64,000 bases of DNA, taken from NCBI GenBank assembly GCA_044344255.1, contig JBIJDH010000006.1, positions 235,524 through 299,523 of the forward strand, read 5' to 3'. A model generated the notes under the pieces. The model was given only the letters and a program-made list of their open reading frames with translations, was not told the origin of the DNA and did no database searches. This document shows positions 28,326-37,173 of the stretch, piece after piece. How positions within the stretch are numbered: the first letter of the stretch is position 1; each line of letters begins with the position of its first letter. The stretch comes from Myxococcota bacterium (lineage in GTDB: Bacteria; Myxococcota_A; UBA796; UBA2385). The position numbers were made by a program, and so were the translations under genes.

Positions 28326-29439
28326 GGCCCGTTTTGATGCCGACATCGTCTCTGAGCTGCTGGACGCGGACGCCCCCGGCCCCGCCGCGGCCTGGCTGCA
28401 CCATGGCCAGGGCTCCATCGCCGACATCGACGCCGAGACTGCGCTCTCGGCGATCGAGGCGGCCCGGCGCCTCGGCCTCGGCCTGCGCCTCCACGCCGCG
28501 AAGGACGAGGCCCGTGACAAGGTCGTCCGCAAGGCCGCCGGCGCCGCCATCCAGCGGCTGAAGTCCGCGGGCGCCAAGATCGAGGCCCCGCTGAGCCAGC
28601 GGAGCTGGACCCTGTCCGCCGAGCTGCACGCCCCCCAGCCGCCCATCGCCATGCTCGGGATGCCGGGGCCGAACGGCTACTTCCCCTACATGTTCGTCGC
28701 CTTCAACGGCTCGGAGGCCGTCGCCTGTGTGGGCACGGCGGGGGCCGGTCAGGGCTACCAGGAGGAGAACCACGCGCACCTTCCGCGCTCAGACGCGCGG
28801 TCCTTCCTCCACCGGATGCGGGAAGACCACGGGCTCACCGAGGTGCCCTTCTACGTCGCCCTCGCCTTCGTCGAGCAGGCCTTCGAGTCCGGCGGCCGCC
28901 GCGCGCCGGGCTGGGGCCACCTCATCGAGAACCTCGACACCGCCACGCGGCTCACCGCGCAAGTGCTCGACCCCCTGGCCGAGGCCACCACCGAGCTCGA
29001 CGTTGCGGCGCTGCACAACGTGGGCCCGCTCGTCCGCCGCGGGCGCGACGTGGTCTACCTCCCCGAAGAGTCGGAGACCCAGGCGGTGATGCAGGAGGCC
29101 GTGATGTCCTCCGTGAGCGCCGAGACGGGCGAGCTCGAGGGCGCCAGTGACCGCCTGAAGGTCGTCTTCGACGCGGCGGTGGACCGCCTGATCGGCGATC
29201 CCACCACCCGCGCCACCTGGTCGCTGGCGCTCGACGTCGTGACCTGGCTGTCGGCCTATCGGAAGGAGGTCGATATGGTCGCCCCCGCCCGCGCCACCGC
29301 CTTGGCGCTCCGGGCCGGCCACGCCGGTCGGGACATGCCCTTCTTCCGCGAGAGCCTCGAGCATGCCTTCTTCTCCCTCCTGCAGACATCCTTGCAGAAG
29401 GGGGGCGAAGCCGGCTTCGAGCACGGCCCCGCCCTCTAA
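28318..29439 (+). CDS. hypothetical protein
   Basis: GTG overlapping the maeB end; host-like codon usage; no recognised motif. Confidence 0.65.
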   Translation: MAEARFDADIVSELLDADAPGPAAAWLHHGQGSIADIDAETALSAIEAARRLGLGLRLHAAKDEARDKVVRKAAGAAIQRLKSAGAKIEAPLSQRSWTLSAELHAPQPPIAMLGMPGPNGYFPYMFVAFNGSEAVACVGTAGAGQGYQEENHAHLPRSDARSFLHRMREDHGLTEVPFYVALAFVEQAFESGGRRAPGWGHLIENLDTATRLTAQVLDPLAEATTELDVAALHNVGPLVRRGRDVVYLPEESETQAVMQEAVMSSVSAETGELEGASDRLKVVFDAAVDRLIGDPTTRATWSLALDVVTWLSAYRKEVDMVAPARATALALRAGHAGRDMPFFRESLEHAFFSLLQTSLQKGGEAGFEHGPAL

Positions 29440-29486
29440 GCTTCGCGGGGCCGCGCAGCGTTTTGGCTGCCCCCCCCGCGCCGCCC

Positions 29487-30752
29487 TCAGGCGGGGAGGC
29501 GGGTGCGCTGCACGACGCGGGTGGCGGCGAAGAAGGTGGCGACGCCGATCACGCCGATGCCCGCCTCGGCGAGGAGCATGGTGTCGGCGCCCGACGTGTC
29601 GGCCACACGGCCGAGCACGAGGCCGAGCCACCAGATCGGGAAGTTGGAGAGCGAGGCGAAGAGGTTGTACTTGGTGGCGGCGGAGCCCTTGCCCATCGCG
29701 TTGAGCACGACGGCGGTGAAGGCCGAATACGCGAGGCCGACGCCGAAGCTGTAGACGAGGCTCCACAGGCGGTACATCCCCACCGTGGCCGGGGAGACCG
29801 CCATCAAGACCGCGACCAGCGCGAGGGCGAGGCCGATGAGGGCATAGGCCGTGCGCGGGCGGAGTCGATCGCAGAGCCAGCCGCCGGCGAAGCAGCCCAC
29901 CGCCGTGACCACCCCGGCGAAGACGCCCTGCAGCAGCGCGACGTCGGTGTCGCCGGCGCCCCAGTGGGCGGCGACCTCGGCCTGGGTGAGCACGCCAGCC
30001 GCGGCGCCCGTGCCGACCGGCAGGGCGCAGAGGAGGGCGGAGAGCACGCCGCCCTGGGTGCGCACCATCTCGCGGATGTCCCCGAAGACCCCGCGGATCG
30101 CCGTGGCGACGCCGCCCGTGTGCACGTGCTTCTCGGCGCTGGGCACCGCGAGGAGGGCCGCGCAGCACGCCATGAACAGCCCGCCCAGGATGGCCCCCGA
30201 CATCCAGGTGGCGGGCAGGACCTGGAGGAGGATGAGGCCGAGGCCGCCGCCCACCCCTGCGCCGCCGAGGTTGCCGGCCTGGAACCAGGCGCTCACGCGG
30301 CCCTCCTGGCCGGGTTGGATGGTGGTGGCCATGATGGCCTCGATCGACATCCCCACCATCGAGTTGATGAGGCTCGCGACGGCGATGATGCCCAGCAGCA
30401 CGAGCAGCGTGTCGGGCCCGAGGGGGATGGCGGCGAGCGCGAAGACGCCGATCGCCGAGACCGTGGTGGCGAAGACGTACCAGCGCTTCGGCGTGAGCGT
30501 GAGGTCGACCAGCGGCGCCCACATCCACTTGAGCCAGCTCGTCAGCATCTGCACGCCGTTGAGCAGCGAGCCCTCGGTGATCGAGAGGCCGGAGCGGGTG
30601 GCCAGGAAGGTGAGCGCGACTCCAATGAAGCCGCCGAGCGCGCCGAAGGGGAAGTAGAGGATCGTCCAGATGATCGGGTGAGGGGCGCGGCGGGACGCGA
30701 GGTCTCCGCCCCGATCTTCGGCGAGGACGGGGGGCAGATGCGGCTCGGTCAA
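29487..30752 (-). CDS. MFS transporter (AmpG-like)
   Basis: About 12 TM segments, WLKWMWAPLVD, AATKYNLFASLSN. Confidence 0.85.
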   Translation of the reverse strand: MTEPHLPPVLAEDRGGDLASRRAPHPIIWTILYFPFGALGGFIGVALTFLATRSGLSITEGSLLNGVQMLTSWLKWMWAPLVDLTLTPKRWYVFATTVSAIGVFALAAIPLGPDTLLVLLGIIAVASLINSMVGMSIEAIMATTIQPGQEGRVSAWFQAGNLGGAGVGGGLGLILLQVLPATWMSGAILGGLFMACCAALLAVPSAEKHVHTGGVATAIRGVFGDIREMVRTQGGVLSALLCALPVGTGAAAGVLTQAEVAAHWGAGDTDVALLQGVFAGVVTAVGCFAGGWLCDRLRPRTAYALIGLALALVAVLMAVSPATVGMYRLWSLVYSFGVGLAYSAFTAVVLNAMGKGSAATKYNLFASLSNFPIWWLGLVLGRVADTSGADTMLLAEAGIGVIGVATFFAATRVVQRTRLPA

Positions 30753-30803
30753 GGGCGCTCCGGACGTTCGAGGGCGACGATCGGGGCGTCTTATCCAGGC
30801 AGG

Positions 30804-31295
30804 TCAGCCCTCGCCGTCGTCCGGGGCGTCGATGATGGAGACGGCGACCGACCAGCCAAAGCCGGCGCGGCCCATCTTGGCGAGGTCGTCCTTCCGAGCC
30901 TCGGCGCGGCCCTCGCGGCGGAAGGGGCCCAGGCGGCGACGGCGCGCGAAGGCCCGCGCGGCGGCCACGGCGGGGTCTCCCACCTCGGCCTGCACGGTCT
31001 CGAAGGCGGGCCCCGGATCGGCCCCCGCGGCCCGCAGGCGCTGGCGTGCCACCCCCGGAGCCACGCCCCTGCGGGTGAGGCGGCGGGCCTTGTCCTCGGC
31101 CCAGACGGCGTCGTTGATGAGCCCGGCCTCGACGACACGCGCGACGAAGGCCTCGGCCTCGGCGCGCAGGGCCGGGCGCTCTTCGGGCTCCGCCTTCCAG
31201 ATGCGGCGCTCCAGGAATTGGCGCAGCTTCTGGGTGTTCGGCGCGTAGCGGTCGATGTAAGCGGCTGCGGCGCGGGAGAGGCGGGTGGTCGGCAT
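30804..31295 (-). CDS. recX: RecX family regulator
   Basis: AAAYIDRY, GLINDAVWA, FARRRRLGPFR, MGRAGF. Confidence 0.8.
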   Translation of the reverse strand: MPTTRLSRAAAAYIDRYAPNTQKLRQFLERRIWKAEPEERPALRAEAEAFVARVVEAGLINDAVWAEDKARRLTRRGVAPGVARQRLRAAGADPGPAFETVQAEVGDPAVAAARAFARRRRLGPFRREGRAEARKDDLAKMGRAGFGWSVAVSIIDAPDDGEG

Positions 31296-31327
31296 CTCCC
31301 GGGGATAGCCGGTCCTGTGGAGCAGCG

Positions 31328-32803
31328 ATGACCCTGACGGAGCGGATCTCGGCCCTCGCCAGCGACGGCGATCTGGACATCGAAGACATCGAGACGGCGG
31401 CGGGGGCCTTGTTCTCCGGCGGGCTGGATTCCGCGGAGGCCGACGCGCTCCGGTCGGCCTTACGCGGCCTCTCGGACCGCTTGGAGCCCGGCGCTCGTCA
31501 ATACCTCGAAGATCGCCTCGCCGGCCGCCCCGCCGCCCTCGTGCCGCGGCTGCTGCTCGCCCCCCCGCCTCGGGGCGGGCCCGCTGACCTCTACCACCCG
31601 CGCTCCGACGTCATCGCGCTCCAGGAGGCCCTCCGTGGCCTGGGCGCCACCCTCACGGTCGATGGAGACTACGGTCGCCAGACGATGACGGCCGTGGGAG
31701 CGGTGCAGGCGGAGGCGGGGCTGCCCGAGACGGGCCTCGTCGACAGCCGGACGCTCCTCCGCTTGAACGGCCGCCTCGAGGCCGCCAGCCTGCCCCTGCT
31801 CGACCTCCGCCCGCGCGCGCGCATCCGCCCCGATCAGGTCGTCGCGATGCGCGGGGCGGGCGACGCGGCGGTGATCTCCGCGCTGCAGCGGGCGCTCTGC
31901 GGCCTGTCCGCCCACTTCGCCGAGCCCGCGCTCGCGGTCACCCACACGAGGGCCTTCGATCCGGCGACCGAGGGCGCGCTGCGCGCCTTTCAGCGGAGGG
32001 TCTACCTGCCGGACACCGGCCTCCTCGATCGCAGCACGCTCGGCGCCGTCAACGCCGCTCTCGCGGTGGCGGGGCTCCCCGGGGTCGAGGCAGGCGCCCC
32101 CGTCACCTTCCGCGGGAAGGTCGAGCTGCACTTCTTCCCCGGCCCGGCGGAGCACAAGGTCTACGTGCTCGAGGGCGGGGAGGTGCGGGCTCGCTACGGC
32201 ATGGTCGGCGGAGGGGCCGAGTCCAAGGACGATCCCAACAACCCCACCGTGAACTACAGCCCGAGCCCCGCCGGTCGTTTTGAGGTGGTGGAGCTCTCCC
32301 CGCACGCCTCTGGCGCCTGGTCCTGGTCCTACGTGCCGTATGGCGCGCGCCTCCGGGAGCGGGAGGGGGAGGTGGAGTTCGAAGACCAAGGTGGGGTCTG
32401 GCGGCGGGCGACCGGCCCGAGCTCCGTCTTCCTCCGCCGTGACCCGCCCCCCCTCACGCGGTCGAGCTACCTCGACGCGGCGGGAGAGCTCCTCCCCATC
32501 TGGACGAAGAACGACTTCGGGCACCTCCGCGGCCGGCTCCGCGACAGCCGCGGCGGGCAGCTCCAGGCCCACATGATCCACTCCTCACCCTTCAACCAGG
32601 ACACGCCCGCCTACTTCGCCGACACCGCGCGCCTCCTCGAGCCCGAGGCGGCCCTGGAGGGGCTGCGGCACTCCCACGGCTGCGAGCACATCCACCCGCG
32701 CGACCTCGATGACATGGTGGCGCGTGGCTTCCTCGCCCCTGGCACCCGCTTCGTGATCCATGGCTACGACGAGGTCTTCTCGCCCCCGGGCGGCGTCGTC
32801 TGA
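31328..32803 (+). CDS. peptidoglycan-binding domain protein with C-terminal L,D-transpeptidase-like domain
   Basis: Two PG_binding_1-like units (LQEAL...VDGDYG..T..AV..Q; FDPATEGALRAFQ); MIHS and HSHGCEHI motifs. Confidence 0.7.
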   Translation: MTLTERISALASDGDLDIEDIETAAGALFSGGLDSAEADALRSALRGLSDRLEPGARQYLEDRLAGRPAALVPRLLLAPPPRGGPADLYHPRSDVIALQEALRGLGATLTVDGDYGRQTMTAVGAVQAEAGLPETGLVDSRTLLRLNGRLEAASLPLLDLRPRARIRPDQVVAMRGAGDAAVISALQRALCGLSAHFAEPALAVTHTRAFDPATEGALRAFQRRVYLPDTGLLDRSTLGAVNAALAVAGLPGVEAGAPVTFRGKVELHFFPGPAEHKVYVLEGGEVRARYGMVGGGAESKDDPNNPTVNYSPSPAGRFEVVELSPHASGAWSWSYVPYGARLREREGEVEFEDQGGVWRRATGPSSVFLRRDPPPLTRSSYLDAAGELLPIWTKNDFGHLRGRLRDSRGGQLQAHMIHSSPFNQDTPAYFADTARLLEPEAALEGLRHSHGCEHIHPRDLDDMVARGFLAPGTRFVIHGYDEVFSPPGGVV

Positions 32804-33159
32804 GCTCCGGCCTCCGACTGGTCGAGGCGGGCGTGCTCCTCGGCGGCGAGGGCCTCCGCCCGCTCGATCTCCTCCTCGAGGTCTTGATCGACCTGGCGGG
32901 CCCGGCGGTGCACCATCAGCTTCATGTTGTTCTGCACGACGCGGAAGAGGATGAGCAGGCCGAGCACCCAGTTGAGCACGTCCATGTTCTGGATGTTCAA
33001 CGAGGGGACGCCGACGCTGATCACGGCGATGGCCACGCCGATGCTGAAGAACTGGAAGAGCCAGAACAGGAGCGGGCGGTCGAGCAGGCCCATCCGGGGC
33101 ACCATCTGCGCCAGGATGAGCATGCCGAGGATGCCGAGCAGGAAGAGATCGGAGGTCAT
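32764..33159 (-). CDS. small membrane protein
   Basis: Three hydrophobic segments; start overlaps the panC stop. Confidence 0.65.
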   Translation of the reverse strand: MTSDLFLLGILGMLILAQMVPRMGLLDRPLLFWLFQFFSIGVAIAVISVGVPSLNIQNMDVLNWVLGLLILFRVVQNNMKLMVHRRARQVDQDLEEEIERAEALAAEEHARLDQSEAGAQTTPPGGEKTSS

Positions 33160-34010
33160 CCGCGGGGCTCCTCGGGGCGCGTGGGGCCGACGGCGAGGTT
33201 GTCGATCAAGCGGGTGCGGCCCACCACGGCGGCGACGAAGGCGCGGGCCGGGCCGTCGATGCGCGCGAGGGGGCGGAGGGAGAGGGGATCCCGGAGCTCG
33301 AGGTAGTCGAGCCGATCCACCTCGAGCTGCGCGCGGCCCGCCGCGAGGAGGGCGCTGGCGTCACGCTCACCCTCGCCGATGCGCTCGCCCAGGTGGCGGA
33401 GGGCGCGAGACAGCGAGAGGGCGCGGCGCCGGTCTTCGGGGCTCAGGTAGACGTTGCGGGAGGAGAGGGCGAGGCCGTCCGAGTCGCGCACGAGGGGCCC
33501 GCCGACGATCTCGATCGGCAGGGCCAGATCGCGGGCCATCCGGCGGATGGTGGCGAGCTGTTGGTAGTCCTTCTCGCCGAAGACCGCGATCGAGGGCTGG
33601 ACCACGCCGAAGAGGCGCGCCACCACGGTGGTCACGCCGTCGAAGTGCCCGGGGCGGGACTCGCCGCAGAGGCCCTCGGTGAGGCCCGAGACGTGCACGG
33701 TGGTGCTGTGGTCTGCCTCGTAGAAGCCGCTCGGCACGAAGAGGACGTCTACACCGGCGGCGCGGCACTTCAGGGCGTCGCCCTCGGGGTCGCGCGGGTA
33801 GGTCGAGAGGTCTTCCCTCGGCCCGAATTGGAGCGGGTTGACGAAGATCGAGGCCACCAGCCAATCACAGCGGGGGCGGCAGAGCTCCATCAGGCTCGTG
33901 TGGCCCGCGTGCAGGAAGCCCATCGTCGGCACGAAGCCGATCCGCTCGCCGCGGGCCCTGCGGGAGAGGGCCTCGGCCTGGAGGGCGTGGGGGTCAGTCT
34001 CGATGCGCAT
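33156..34010 (-). CDS. panC: pantoate--beta-alanine ligase
   Basis: FVPTMGFLHAGH, SIFVNPLQF, RPGHFDGV, FGEKDYQQ, LALSSRN, RLIDN. Confidence 0.96.
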   Translation of the reverse strand: MRIETDPHALQAEALSRRARGERIGFVPTMGFLHAGHTSLMELCRPRCDWLVASIFVNPLQFGPREDLSTYPRDPEGDALKCRAAGVDVLFVPSGFYEADHSTTVHVSGLTEGLCGESRPGHFDGVTTVVARLFGVVQPSIAVFGEKDYQQLATIRRMARDLALPIEIVGGPLVRDSDGLALSSRNVYLSPEDRRRALSLSRALRHLGERIGEGERDASALLAAGRAQLEVDRLDYLELRDPLSLRPLARIDGPARAFVAAVVGRTRLIDNLAVGPTRPEEPRG

Positions 34011-34165
34011 GGCTCCCTCCCTACTTCGGAGCCGGGCCATCGGCTGCCCGGGGGCGATGGTGAGGCGACCGAATATGGATTCGCTTTTTACTCATCCACT
34101 TTCGTAGATATGCGAATTATCCGATGCCCGGCCGAGGCTACAAGGGGCTCAGCACCGGAGCGACG

Positions 34166-35122
34166 ATGGAATTTCTTGGCAGTGGCAGCCCCGCAGTGTG
34201 GGGTGTCTTCCTCTTGTTTGTCCTCGCCATGTTGGCCCTCGACCTTGGCGTCTTCCATCGGAAGGCTCACGTCGTCGGGGCGAAGGAGGCGCTGACCTGG
34301 AGCGCGGTCTGGGTGACCCTCGCCCTGCTCTTTGGCGGTGGGATCTGGATCGGGATGGGCCCGCAGCAGGGCCTCGAGTTCTACACGGGCTACCTCATCG
34401 AGAAGGCCCTGGCTATCGACAACATCTTCGTGTTCGTGGCGGTCTTCGGGGCCTTTGGGGTGCCGGCCGCCTACCAACACCGCGTGCTGGTGTGGGGCGT
34501 GCTCGGCGCCCTCGTGATGCGGGCGATCTTCATCTTCGCGGGCGCGGCGATGCTCGCCAAGTTCGCCTGGGTCATGTACGTCTTTGGTGGGATCCTGCTG
34601 CTGACGGGCCTGAAGATGCTCGCCCAGACCAACACCGTGGAGTCCGCGCCCACGGAGTCGGCCCTCATGCGCGCCGTGCGCCGGTGGATCCCCACCACCG
34701 AGGGCTTCCGCGGCGATCGTATGCTCGTGAAAGAAGGGGGGCGCTGGCTGGCCACCCCCCTGCTCGTGGTGCTGGTGGTCATCGAGCTCAGCGATCTTGT
34801 CTTCGCCGTCGATAGCATCCCGGCCATCTTCGCCGTCACGCGGGACCCCTTCCTCGTGTTCACCTCGAACATCTTCGCGATCCTCGGGCTGCGGTCGATG
34901 TACTTCCTCCTCGCCGACATCGTGCACCGCTTCCGCTACCTCAAGGTGGGCCTCGCCCTCGTGCTGGTGTTCGTTGGGTTGAAGATGCTCATCCACGACC
35001 TCTTCAAGATGCCGATCGCGGGCTCGCTCGGGGTGGTGGTGCTGCTGATCGCCGGCTCGATCGTCGCCTCGATCTGGCGCACTCGCGTCGAGGCGGCCTC
35101 AGCCCCGGCCGCGGCCGAGTGA
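34166..35122 (+). CDS. TerC family membrane protein
   Basis: GYLIEKALAIDNIFVF, DLVFAVDSIPAI, TSNIFAILGLRS. Confidence 0.92.
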   Translation: MEFLGSGSPAVWGVFLLFVLAMLALDLGVFHRKAHVVGAKEALTWSAVWVTLALLFGGGIWIGMGPQQGLEFYTGYLIEKALAIDNIFVFVAVFGAFGVPAAYQHRVLVWGVLGALVMRAIFIFAGAAMLAKFAWVMYVFGGILLLTGLKMLAQTNTVESAPTESALMRAVRRWIPTTEGFRGDRMLVKEGGRWLATPLLVVLVVIELSDLVFAVDSIPAIFAVTRDPFLVFTSNIFAILGLRSMYFLLADIVHRFRYLKVGLALVLVFVGLKMLIHDLFKMPIAGSLGVVVLLIAGSIVASIWRTRVEAASAPAAAE

Positions 35123-36004
35123 TGTGGCGGCCGCCGCGGCGATGGCCAGCAGGGCTGGGTGTCGGATGCGGCGCTCGACGGTGATCGCGTAGAAGCGCTC
35201 CCGCACCGCCTCCGTCTCTCCGAAGCAGGTGACGCCGTACTGGGCGCAGGTCTCGGCGGCGATGGCGGAGGGGACGACGAAGGCCCCCACGCCGTGTTGC
35301 CCGAAGACCTTGATGAGGGCGCTGTCTTCGAGCTCGGCGGCGATCTGGGGCCTCACGCCCTGGGCCGCGAGCCAGAGCTCGAGCGGTCGGCGGAGGGCGG
35401 CCCCTTCGGTGGGCAGCAGGAAGGGGAGCCCGTCGAGCACGGCGGGGAAGGCGCGGTCGACGGTGAGGAGGCTCGGGGCGGCGAGGAAGCTCACGCCGCA
35501 CTCCCCGAGGAGGTGGTTCCAGGCCCGCACCTTGATCGCGGGGTGCATCGGGGCATCGGTGAGCACGACGTCGAGGCGGTGCACAGCGAGCTCGGCGAGG
35601 AGGCGGTCGGGCTTGTCCTCCTGGCAGATGAGGCGGGGCGCGGGCCGCATCTGGGTCACCGGCTCGAGGAGCTTCCATGCGATCGCCTTCGGGACGACGT
35701 CGGCGAGGCCCACCATCACGCGGGCGGGCGCGGGCTCGGAGCGACCGCTCAGCACGTCGGTGAGCTCGCGGCCGAGGCCGAAGATCTCCTCGGCGTAGCG
35801 GAAGGCGGTCTGGCCCTGCTCGGTGAGGACGAGCTTTCGGCCGGAGCGCTCGAAGAGCTTGACCCCGAGCGATGCCTCGAGGACCCCCACCTGGGCGGAG
35901 ACGGTCGGCGGGGCGAGGCGGAGGCGCTCGGCCGCCGCCGTGATGCCCCCCTCTCGGGCGACCAGCCAGAAGTAGTGAAGGTGGTGGTAGTTCAGCCAGT
36001 CCAT
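35099..36004 (-). CDS. nhaR: LysR-family transcriptional activator, NhaR-like
   Basis: WLNYHHLHYFW.VAREG, LAVHRLDVVL.D, EDSALIKVFG, ERRIRHP. Confidence 0.85.
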   Translation of the reverse strand: MDWLNYHHLHYFWLVAREGGITAAAERLRLAPPTVSAQVGVLEASLGVKLFERSGRKLVLTEQGQTAFRYAEEIFGLGRELTDVLSGRSEPAPARVMVGLADVVPKAIAWKLLEPVTQMRPAPRLICQEDKPDRLLAELAVHRLDVVLTDAPMHPAIKVRAWNHLLGECGVSFLAAPSLLTVDRAFPAVLDGLPFLLPTEGAALRRPLELWLAAQGVRPQIAAELEDSALIKVFGQHGVGAFVVPSAIAAETCAQYGVTCFGETEAVRERFYAITVERRIRHPALLAIAAAAATSLGRGRG

Positions 36005-36092
36005 CCGGCTCGACTAACCCGGGGGCGGACACCGCCCGGGAGGGGGCTTAGGAGGTGCGGTCTCCCACGTTCTGCGTCTTGTAGGGGTCTTT

Positions 36093-37070
36093 ATGCGCGT
36101 CCTCATCGTCGGCGCCGGCTCGGTCGGGCAGGTCTACGGCTGGCACCTTCAGCAGGCCGGGGTCCGGGTCGGCGTCTTCGTTCGCGAGAAGTATGCGGCC
36201 GAGGCCCGCGGCGGCTTCGTGCTCTACCCCCCCGGCCAGCCGCGGCCGCAGCGCTTCGTCCCCGACGCCGTGCTCAGCCGGCCCGATGAGGTGGCCGGCG
36301 CCTGGGATCAGCTCTGGCTCTGCATCTCATCGCCCGCGCTCCGGGGTGACTGGCTCGCCCCCCTCGTCGCGGCGATGGGGAGCGGGGTGGTTGTCTCGCT
36401 CCTGCCGGGCATGCGCGATCGGGAGGCGCTGCTCGCGGTGGTCCCCGCGGAGCGGCTGGTCATCGGTCTCATCGCCTTCTCCTCCTGGCACGCGCCGCTC
36501 GGCCTGGAGCCCTTGCCGGAGCCCGGCATGGCCTGGTGGCACCCACCGCTGAGCCCCAACCTCTTCGAAGGGCCGGAGCCCGCCATCTCCACGATCGTGG
36601 CTTCACTCCGGGCCGGCGGCTGCCCGGCGGCGAAGGGCGGGGCCACCGCCATGGCGGCGCGGGGGTCGAGCCTGCTGGTCTGCCTCGTCGCGGCGATGGA
36701 GTGCGGCGGATGGACCTTCGAGGGCTTGCGTCAGGCGCGCTGGCTTGAGCTCGGCGCGGGAGCGGCCCGCGAGGCGCTCACCATCTCCACCCGCTTCCTC
36801 GGCATCGGCGCCGGGCCGATGGCCCTCCTCGCCCGGCCCTTGGGGATCCGCCTCATCAGCCGCCTCGCGCCGCTCGTGGCGCCGATGGACTTCGAGGCCT
36901 TCCTTCGGGTGCACTTCTCCAAGGTCGGCGACCAGACCGCGATGGCCCTCGAGACCTGGGTGGCCGAGGGGCAGGCCCGCGGCTTGCCGGTGAGCGCGCT
37001 CCAGGCGCTGTCGGCGGCCCTTCAGGCGCAGCGGGCGGGGGGCTCGCCCGAGGAGGCGAAGCGGCGTTAA
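36093..37070 (+). CDS. ketopantoate reductase (PanE/ApbA)-family oxidoreductase
   Basis: N-terminal LIVGAGSVGQVYG Rossmann motif; appropriate length; near panC. Confidence 0.65.
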   Translation: MRVLIVGAGSVGQVYGWHLQQAGVRVGVFVREKYAAEARGGFVLYPPGQPRPQRFVPDAVLSRPDEVAGAWDQLWLCISSPALRGDWLAPLVAAMGSGVVVSLLPGMRDREALLAVVPAERLVIGLIAFSSWHAPLGLEPLPEPGMAWWHPPLSPNLFEGPEPAISTIVASLRAGGCPAAKGGATAMAARGSSLLVCLVAAMECGGWTFEGLRQARWLELGAGAAREALTISTRFLGIGAGPMALLARPLGIRLISRLAPLVAPMDFEAFLRVHFSKVGDQTAMALETWVAEGQARGLPVSALQALSAALQAQRAGGSPEEAKRR

Positions 37071-37173
37071 CGGGGCTGTCCCCGACGTGTCGCTCGGTCC
37101 GGCTGGCCGGAGCGCGGGCGCGGCCTCCGGCGGGGGCCCTCACCCGGGGCAACCTCACACTTCGGAGACGCAC

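Noticed and set aside
34041..34165. yybP-ykoY riboswitch upstream of the TerC gene
   Set aside because: Conserved riboswitch motifs not seen; the AT-rich TTCG...CGAA patch fits a LysR/NhaR-type site better but is too weak to call
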